Origin: a candidate division FCPU426 bacterium
GTDB lineage: Bacteria; Oederibacteriota; Muellerivitia; Muellerivitales; Muellerivitaceae
Direction of reading: 5' to 3'
DNA length: 64,000 bases
Assembly (NCBI GenBank): GCA_963796105.1
Contig: CAWCKJ010000004.1
Location: 512,001-576,000 of the forward strand
Every line of letters starts with the position of its first letter. Position 1 is the stretch's first letter. The notes beneath the pieces were generated by a model that saw only the letters and a program-made list of their open reading frames with translations, was not told where the DNA came from and searched no databases. Positions 57,756 through 64,000 of the stretch are shown here, one piece after another. Position numbers and translations under genes: made by a program.

Positions 57756-58409
57756 ATGGAATTCCTGCACCAAGCCTTGGATTTCTTCCTGCACCTGGAC
57801 AAGCACCTCGCGGAGATCGTCCAAACCTACGGCAGCCTGACTTATGGCATCCTTTTCGGGGTGATTTTCTGCGAGACGGGCCTGGTGGTGACGCCTTTCC
57901 TGCCGGGGGATTCCCTTCTTTTCGCGGCGGGCGCCTTGACGGCGGCGGGAGTCATGCCCCTGCCCGCCTGGGCCGTTTACGTCATGCTGACCTTCGCGGC
58001 GCTTCTGGGGGACAACAGCAACTACTGGATCGGCCGGACTGTTCCGAACCTATTCAACAAGTTCATCAACAAAAAATACCTGGCCCAAACCCATGAGTTC
58101 TACGAAAAACACGGGGTCCTGACGCTCGTCATCGCCCAGTTCGTGCCCATCATCCGCACCTTCGCGCCCTTCGTGGCGGGCATCGGGGACATGACCTACG
58201 GGAAATTCCTGCGTTTCAACTTCTTGGGGGTCTTCCTTTGGACGACGCTATTCACCTGGACGGGATATTTCTTCGGGAACCTGGAATTCGTGAAGGCCAA
58301 CTTTCACTACGTCATCCTGGGCATCATCGTTGTTTCGGTGATCCCCATCTTGATTGAACTGGCCAAGCAATTCCGCGGTAAAACCGAGCGGCCCTCCCGA
58401 AAGAGATAA
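57756..58409 (+). CDS. dedA: DedA-family (VTT domain) membrane protein
   Basis: FCETGLVVTPFLPGDSLLFAAG, FVPIIRTFAPFVAG. Confidence 0.9.
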   Translation: MEFLHQALDFFLHLDKHLAEIVQTYGSLTYGILFGVIFCETGLVVTPFLPGDSLLFAAGALTAAGVMPLPAWAVYVMLTFAALLGDNSNYWIGRTVPNLFNKFINKKYLAQTHEFYEKHGVLTLVIAQFVPIIRTFAPFVAGIGDMTYGKFLRFNFLGVFLWTTLFTWTGYFFGNLEFVKANFHYVILGIIVVSVIPILIELAKQFRGKTERPSRKR

Positions 58410-58438
58410 GGTTAAATTCCCAGGGGGTTCTTCCTGAA

Positions 58439-60472
58439 TTACTGGGCCGGGGCCGGCTGGACTTTTTGGACGACCATATCGCTCTCGATCCCATTGACAT
58501 CGACCGCGGTGACCGCGAAATAATAGGTTTTGCCGTTCTTCAACGGCTTTAAAAGCGCCTTCAGGACGGTTTGGGGGGCCTTGGTCAGCCGCCGGAACCC
58601 CGACCCATCATCCGAAACATAAAGGTGATATCCCGCCGCGCCGTCCACGGCGTTCCAGGTCAGTTTCGCGGACCCATCCCCCGGCTCCACCTTGAATTGG
58701 GTGACAATCGAAAGTTTAGCGGGAGGGGCCGGCGTCGGGGTGGGAACGGGTTGTTTCGGAGGGGCGGCAAGCCTCACTTCCAGGGACTGGCTCAAGCCGC
58801 TCTCCGAGCCGTCGGAGCCGACGATCGAAACCGCGAACAGGTACAACTTTCCGGTATTGAGTTTCTTCAGGACGACTTTGGTTTCCGTGACCGCGCGGGC
58901 CGTCAATTTCTGGGGAGGCTTACCTGGATCCCCCAGGAGATAGAGGTTATAACCCGCCGGATTTCCAGTGGTGGGCTTGCTCCATTCCAGTTGAACCCCT
59001 TCCCCCGCCGGGGATGCTTTGAGACCCGAGGGCGGCGTTAGGGCCGCGACAGCCGCGGCGCCCGCCGTGACCGTCAGCTTGGACATGGCGCTTTCCCGTC
59101 CAGCGGCGCTCACCGAGACCACCCCAAAGGCGTATTCCTGGCCGTTCTTGAGGTTCTTGAGTTTGAGGGTGGTTTCCCTGATGGGCCTTGTAGTCAGTCG
59201 GACATAGGCCTGGGTTCCCGGTTTTTTCAGGTAGAGCTGGTACCCCAGCAGGTCCTTTTGCTGGATGGGATTCCAGGAGAGGACGATCTCCCGGTCGAGA
59301 GGCCTGGCCTGCAGACCCGCCGGGGCCGGAAGTCCCGAGGCCCCTTCCGCCCCGAAGCGGAAGATCATGGAGAACCGGTGGGTGCTTCCCAAGGTGCTTA
59401 ACGGCGTGAAGGCGTAGTCAAACTGGAGGAATTTGAGGTTCACCCCCATCCCGGCGGTCGGGTTCTGCTGGTCGCTGTTCCCCGCGAAACCCGCGCGCAA
59501 GGCGAGGGTCTTGTCGTACCAATATTCCGCCCCCACTGCCCCGGAATAGGCCTGGGCCCCGAACTGGTAGGAGTTGTCCAGGGCGAAAAGAAGGGTGTGC
59601 CTGGGGGTCTCCACCACCTTGCAGGCCAATCCCAGCCGCCCCAAGGTGGGCAGGGAGTCCGCCTCCGAGACGAACTTGACCTGCTGTCCCACGTTGAAGA
59701 CGCCCGCGCCGACGCTGAAGCCGCTCCCCGGAGTGAGCAAAACCCCGAAGTCGCCCCCCATGGCCTGGGCGTTGAAGCCCGCGATGTTCCGGAAGATGTA
59801 TTTGCCGGTGACCCCGAAGGAAATCAGGTCCTTGATCCGGAAGGCGAAGGAGGCCGAAAGATCGTTGTCCCCGGCCGAGACTGAGGGGGCAAGGCCGTTG
59901 GTGCTGTCGAAGGGCGGGACCCCCAGGTTGACGAAGCCGATCCCCACGCCGAAGGTGTTCTCGCCCGCGGGGAGGGGCAGCGCGATTCCGCCGAAGTTGT
60001 AGGCGATGTCGCTCAAGTAAAGCATGTGCAGGTAGCCGACCTCAGGGTGCTCCAGGAGGGCCAGGCCCGCCGGGTTCCAGGTCAGCGCGTTGACGTCGTC
60101 GGCCACCGCCGTGAAGGCCCCGCCCATTCCCTGGCTCCTGGCGCCCGCGTCGATCCCCAGGAAATCCGCGCCGCTAGTGAGTTGCTGCGCCTGCGCCCTG
60201 TTCCCCGAATAAAAAATAGGCACTATCACCACAGAGACACATGCCACCCACCTTATAAGATGAAAAGAAGGTGGTATAGTCCCGCATTTCCTAAATAAGT
60301 ACTTGAAAAGATGCGCGGGACAGAGACACAGCAAGCGGCAGATTTTTCTAAAAGGGGAACCGATTGCCCCCTTGGCCTGTTCCCGGATTTTACAATATTT
60401 CGAATTTATATTTTTTTCCTTTTTTTTCACTGTGTCTCTGAGTCCCTGTGGTGAAAAATTTTTTCTGATCAT
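58439..60472 (-). CDS. PorV/UPF0164-family outer-membrane barrel fused to three fibronectin type III domains
   Basis: GADFLGIDAGARSQGMGGAFTAVADDVNALTWNPAGL...THRFSMIFRFG, then three L.W...GY.LY...L.L..G..Y.F.V repeats. Confidence 0.85.
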   Translation of the reverse strand: MIRKNFSPQGLRDTVKKKEKNINSKYCKIREQAKGAIGSPFRKICRLLCLCPAHLFKYLFRKCGTIPPSFHLIRWVACVSVVIVPIFYSGNRAQAQQLTSGADFLGIDAGARSQGMGGAFTAVADDVNALTWNPAGLALLEHPEVGYLHMLYLSDIAYNFGGIALPLPAGENTFGVGIGFVNLGVPPFDSTNGLAPSVSAGDNDLSASFAFRIKDLISFGVTGKYIFRNIAGFNAQAMGGDFGVLLTPGSGFSVGAGVFNVGQQVKFVSEADSLPTLGRLGLACKVVETPRHTLLFALDNSYQFGAQAYSGAVGAEYWYDKTLALRAGFAGNSDQQNPTAGMGVNLKFLQFDYAFTPLSTLGSTHRFSMIFRFGAEGASGLPAPAGLQARPLDREIVLSWNPIQQKDLLGYQLYLKKPGTQAYVRLTTRPIRETTLKLKNLKNGQEYAFGVVSVSAAGRESAMSKLTVTAGAAAVAALTPPSGLKASPAGEGVQLEWSKPTTGNPAGYNLYLLGDPGKPPQKLTARAVTETKVVLKKLNTGKLYLFAVSIVGSDGSESGLSQSLEVRLAAPPKQPVPTPTPAPPAKLSIVTQFKVEPGDGSAKLTWNAVDGAAGYHLYVSDDGSGFRRLTKAPQTVLKALLKPLKNGKTYYFAVTAVDVNGIESDMVVQKVQPAPAQ
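60226..60454. repeat. CACCACAGAGACAC-family REP-like repeats inside the 5' end of the PorV-like ORF
   Basis: Copies at 60226-60241 and 60320-60331, with an inverted copy at 60430-60454. Confidence 0.65.
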
Positions 60473-63400
60473 TTAACAACAGCGACTTTCAGGATCTGGT
60501 GGTAAGAGCCGGACTTGATCTCAATCAAATATATTCCCGAGGCCACGACATTGCCGTTTTTATCCTTCATGTCCCAGGATGTTTTGACCTGCGCTCCCGC
60601 GACGGCGGCAGGAGGCGAAAGCGTGCGGATCACCCTTCCCGCGATGTTATAGATGTTCAATTCCACGGGCCCGCTCGCGGCAAGATCGTAGTAAATACCC
60701 AGAGTCTGCCCTAACAGAGGCCGGACCAGGTTGGCGTCGAAGACCATTTGGCCTGATTTCACTCCCGGCGGCGGCGCGGGGGGCTTGAGGGTGGTGGAGT
60801 AGGCGTGGTTGGAATTGGAGCTGGTGCCGGAGGGCACGGAATATACCGCCCTGGCCACGTAGAAATAGGTGACGTTTTCGCTCAAACCCGTGTCGTTGAA
60901 AAGGGTGACGGCGGCGAAAGCGGTGTTGTAAAGGGTCGTCACCGGCGCGGTCAGAGTCGCGCTGTAGGAAGTGGTCCTATAGATCGCGTAACCCGACACG
61001 ATCCGGCCCAGGTCGTTGGCCGGAGTCCAGGTGAGCTGGATGGTATTGGCAGTGGTCCCCTTGGCGGTCAGGCCCGTGGGGGGATTGAGGTTGCCGGTGA
61101 CGCTGGAGGATGTGATGGTCACGGCGCCGCTCTCGTGGATGCCGGGAACAGCCTGGCCCGTGGAATCGATGGCCGCCACCGTGAAGGTGACCGAAACCCC
61201 GTTGGTCGAGGGTTCCAAAAGCCATGTTTGCGTCGTCAGGATGGTGGTCGGTGCCCCGCCGGAAGTAATGATGACCTGGTACTCGGAAACGGGCAGTCCT
61301 CCTGCGGAGGGCGCCCCGGCTGGGGCCCAATCGATGAGGATCTGCTGGTCCCCTGGCTGGGCGTTCAAGCCCGTCGGTGCGGGAGGGGGGTTGGCGGGGC
61401 CGTCCAGGACTTCGGCGGAAAGCTGTCCCGCGTGTCCCACCGCGTCCAGGGCCTCCACCTCATAGCCGTAAAGCTGGCCTAAGGAGGCGGTGGTGTCCAC
61501 ATAGATTGAAACTCCGGAGCCCACCACCGTAAGGGGCTCCGTCAGGTTGTAGGTTCCCGCGGCGGTCCGCCGGTAAATGGCGTAGCCGGTGATGTTGAAG
61601 GAATGGGTGGCCGGGGCCGACCAGGTAAGGGTCACGTCCGCGTTGCTGGAAGTCGAGGTGACGGCGGGAGGGCCCAGGGCGTAGGGATAACCCGTCACGG
61701 GAGACGAGGGGCTCAAGCTTGTGACTCCGTTGGTGTTCACGGCATAGACCTGGTACACGAAAGTGGAACCGTCGGCGGCGGGGGTGTCCACGTCGGTCAC
61801 CGGGATATTCGCCGCGGTCACGGCGCTGTTGACAGTGGTCAAGGGGGCTGAGTTTCGGGTGATCAAGTACTCTAGCACGTTCACCTTGTCCAGCGGGCCG
61901 TTGGTGACCCAACGCAGGGTGACCGCGTTGTCGCCGTCGGATTCGCCCAGGCTGACGGGGGCGTTGGGCGGCCTGGCGGGCGTGGCGAAGACAGTGGCGC
62001 TTCCGCTGAGGCAGTAGGTCCCCAGGTGGTCGATGGAAACAAGGTAATAATAATAAGTAGTCCCGTTCGTCACGGGGGCATCGGTGAATGATCCTCCGAG
62101 GCCCACGATCGTGAGGGCGGCATAACCGCTGAATTGGGCCGTGCTTCGATATAGTTGATAGCCAGTCACTGGCGAGGCACCACCCGCGGCGTCCGTCCAG
62201 GAGACCGCCACCTGGGCGACACCGCCAGTGGCCGAAAGGTTGCTGGGTTGGTTAATATTGTTCGTGCTTGGAGTGTTCGTGACAGACGCGGAATTGGCGC
62301 TGATATGGAGCCCACTGGTGATTCCGGAGTTGTCAACCGCCACCAGGTAATAAGTGTAGCTGATAGTGTTCGTCAAACCCGTGACGACATAACCCGTAGT
62401 GGTGGAACTGACCATGGTTACTGGCGTTGTCACACCGCCGCTGACCTGGTAAATCTGGTACCCGCCGATGGGAAGGGTTCCCGCCGTCCCTGGCAGCCAG
62501 GTGATCTGGATTTCAGTGTCCCCGGCGTATATTCCCACGCTCACAGGGGCTCCGGGCTGGACGAGGGGTTCTGCCGTGACAGGCGCCGTCGGGGCGCTTA
62601 GGTTTCCTTTCATGTCCACGGTTTGCAAGGAATAGTAGTAGTTTGTTCCGTTCGTGACGGCATTATCAGTGTAACCCGCGGCCGAGGCTGGAAGGAACGT
62701 GATCGGTGCTCCTGTCACACCGGCAGATGTGACGCGGAAGACGTCGTATCCGGAAACAGGATAGGTGGTGGCGGCAGGGTCGGACCAGGCCAGGACCACC
62801 TGGTTGCTCGCGGGAGTCGCGGAAGGGGAACCTGGCGCGTTGGGAAGGCGGAAGGCCGTGACCGGCATGGCCAGGTTGGTATTCAGGGGGCTCTGGAGGC
62901 CTCCCAGCTCGGCTTCCACCATGTAATAGTAGGCTGTCCCGTCCGCCGCTGTGGCATCCACGAAACTGGTTCCCAAGGAGGAGACGCTGGTGATAGGGGT
63001 GTAAGCGGTGGAAGCGGGTCCGCTTCCGGTGACCGGCCCGGGAGCGCGGTAGATGTTGTAGCCTGTGATGGCCTGAATGGCGGGGTTGGGGGCCCAGGCC
63101 AGGCTGACCAAAGGCTGGCTGGTGCTGGTGCCGGACTGGGCGGTCAAGCTGGCCGGAGAGGAAGGCCCGATCAGGATGGACAAGGGAGCCGATCGGGGGC
63201 CCTCGCCCGTGGCGTTGGAGGCGGAAATCTGGAAAGTATAGGTCTGGCCGTTTTGGACCGGCCATTGGAAGGTGATGGGCATGGCAAATCCCGCCGTGAC
63301 CGTCACGGGCTGGACCAGGATGGATTGGTTGGAGTTCAATTGGCGGTAGATGTTGTAAACGGTCACGTCGCCGGTTCCCACGGTGACCCAGTTCAAGGCC

Positions 63401-64000
63401 ACCGAGACATCGTCGGGCAGGAGGTTGACGGAGTTCAACACGGGCGCCGAGGGATAGGTGAGCTGGCTCACGGGCCCGTCGAGAGCGCTGGTCCCGAACG
63501 CGTTCAAGGTTTGAAGCCAGTAATAATAGGTTGTATCCCCCGCCTGGGTCGGGTAACCCAGGGAAACAGACGCGCTGGATAAAACGTTGGTTACGGCGGA
63601 AGACGCGCTGGAGGTGGTGGCCGCAAGGGAATAAATACCCGTGACGCTCGCGTCCGCGATGGCGGGCCAGGTGACTGCCATGTCATTTTGGGCGTCGAGG
63701 AGGCTGACCGCCAAGCCAGCGGGGGTCTGGGGGGCCAATCCCCAAGTGACAGCCGCCGAGGGAAGGCTTTCCCCACCCACGATGGTTAATCCGCTTCCAA
63801 AATTGGTAGCGGTGACATAATAGGCGTAGCTGACGCCCTGGGATGCGGAATTGTCTGAGAGGCTATTGAACCCACCATTCGGTGTCGTAGATATCAATTG
63901 AGTTACGGGTGTCGTAAGGGGGTTGTTGATCCGGTAAAGCGAGTATTCTTTCACGTTCTCCGAAGCGGGATTGAGGGTCCAAATGACCGTAATGACACTG
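60469..64000 (-). CDS. Large Thr/Ser-rich fibronectin type III repeat surface protein with FlgD-Ig/T9SS-like C-terminal domain (5' end outside the window)
   Basis: Frame is open to 64000; at least 11 FN3-like units (L.W...GY..YR...D.....G..YYY.V); ends IYNIAGRVIRTL...WDMKDKNGNVVASGIYLI...KVAVVK. Confidence 0.9.
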   Translation of the reverse strand, partial: SVITVIWTLNPASENVKEYSLYRINNPLTTPVTQLISTTPNGGFNSLSDNSASQGVSYAYYVTATNFGSGLTIVGGESLPSAAVTWGLAPQTPAGLAVSLLDAQNDMAVTWPAIADASVTGIYSLAATTSSASSAVTNVLSSASVSLGYPTQAGDTTYYYWLQTLNAFGTSALDGPVSQLTYPSAPVLNSVNLLPDDVSVALNWVTVGTGDVTVYNIYRQLNSNQSILVQPVTVTAGFAMPITFQWPVQNGQTYTFQISASNATGEGPRSAPLSILIGPSSPASLTAQSGTSTSQPLVSLAWAPNPAIQAITGYNIYRAPGPVTGSGPASTAYTPITSVSSLGTSFVDATAADGTAYYYMVEAELGGLQSPLNTNLAMPVTAFRLPNAPGSPSATPASNQVVLAWSDPAATTYPVSGYDVFRVTSAGVTGAPITFLPASAAGYTDNAVTNGTNYYYSLQTVDMKGNLSAPTAPVTAEPLVQPGAPVSVGIYAGDTEIQITWLPGTAGTLPIGGYQIYQVSGGVTTPVTMVSSTTTGYVVTGLTNTISYTYYLVAVDNSGITSGLHISANSASVTNTPSTNNINQPSNLSATGGVAQVAVSWTDAAGGASPVTGYQLYRSTAQFSGYAALTIVGLGGSFTDAPVTNGTTYYYYLVSIDHLGTYCLSGSATVFATPARPPNAPVSLGESDGDNAVTLRWVTNGPLDKVNVLEYLITRNSAPLTTVNSAVTAANIPVTDVDTPAADGSTFVYQVYAVNTNGVTSLSPSSPVTGYPYALGPPAVTSTSSNADVTLTWSAPATHSFNITGYAIYRRTAAGTYNLTEPLTVVGSGVSIYVDTTASLGQLYGYEVEALDAVGHAGQLSAEVLDGPANPPPAPTGLNAQPGDQQILIDWAPAGAPSAGGLPVSEYQVIITSGGAPTTILTTQTWLLEPSTNGVSVTFTVAAIDSTGQAVPGIHESGAVTITSSSVTGNLNPPTGLTAKGTTANTIQLTWTPANDLGRIVSGYAIYRTTSYSATLTAPVTTLYNTAFAAVTLFNDTGLSENVTYFYVARAVYSVPSGTSSNSNHAYSTTLKPPAPPPGVKSGQMVFDANLVRPLLGQTLGIYYDLAASGPVELNIYNIAGRVIRTLSPPAAVAGAQVKTSWDMKDKNGNVVASGIYLIEIKSGSYHQILKVAVVK

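Noticed and set aside
1..64000. tRNA, rRNA, riboswitches, defence systems, prophage genes
   Set aside because: No recognisable signatures by eye; a tRNAscan/Rfam/DefenseFinder run would be needed to exclude them formally.

Overview
Bacterial chromosomal window from a diderm organism. The PorV-like barrel, FlgD/T9SS-like C-terminal domain and many GT-C/TPR membrane proteins resemble FCPU426/Goldbacteria/Firestonebacteria-type genomes (inference only). Left part (1-17 kb, accessory/envelope): the left end of an IS21 element whose istA gene runs off the window and is absent from the ORF track; a 21/42-bp periodic repeat array; a membrane-protein gene split by an IS1595-family element with an exact 8-bp target duplication; and a cluster of TMEM260-like (DUF2723), TMTC-like and related polytopic TPR proteins, followed by two pilT paralogues. 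Middle (20-51 kb, core metabolism): fatty-acid desaturase, a korA-korB-polyferredoxin-FNR-sdhCAB (mycobacterial Sdh1-like) cluster, a type IV pilin, the complete nuoA-N operon and gnd. Right part: YfhO-like, DUF1259, NitT/TauT ABC transporter and DedA genes, then a large FN3-repeat surface protein with a sorting-type C-terminal domain coupled to a PorV-FN3 fusion. Best non-coding leads: a promoter-bearing three-way-junction sRNA candidate (23922-24013), two matching ECF-type promoters, leaderless promoters with a candidate leader peptide, and several REP/MITE-like elements. No rRNA, tRNA or CRISPR array was found. All assignments come from reading motifs by eye; no searches were run.
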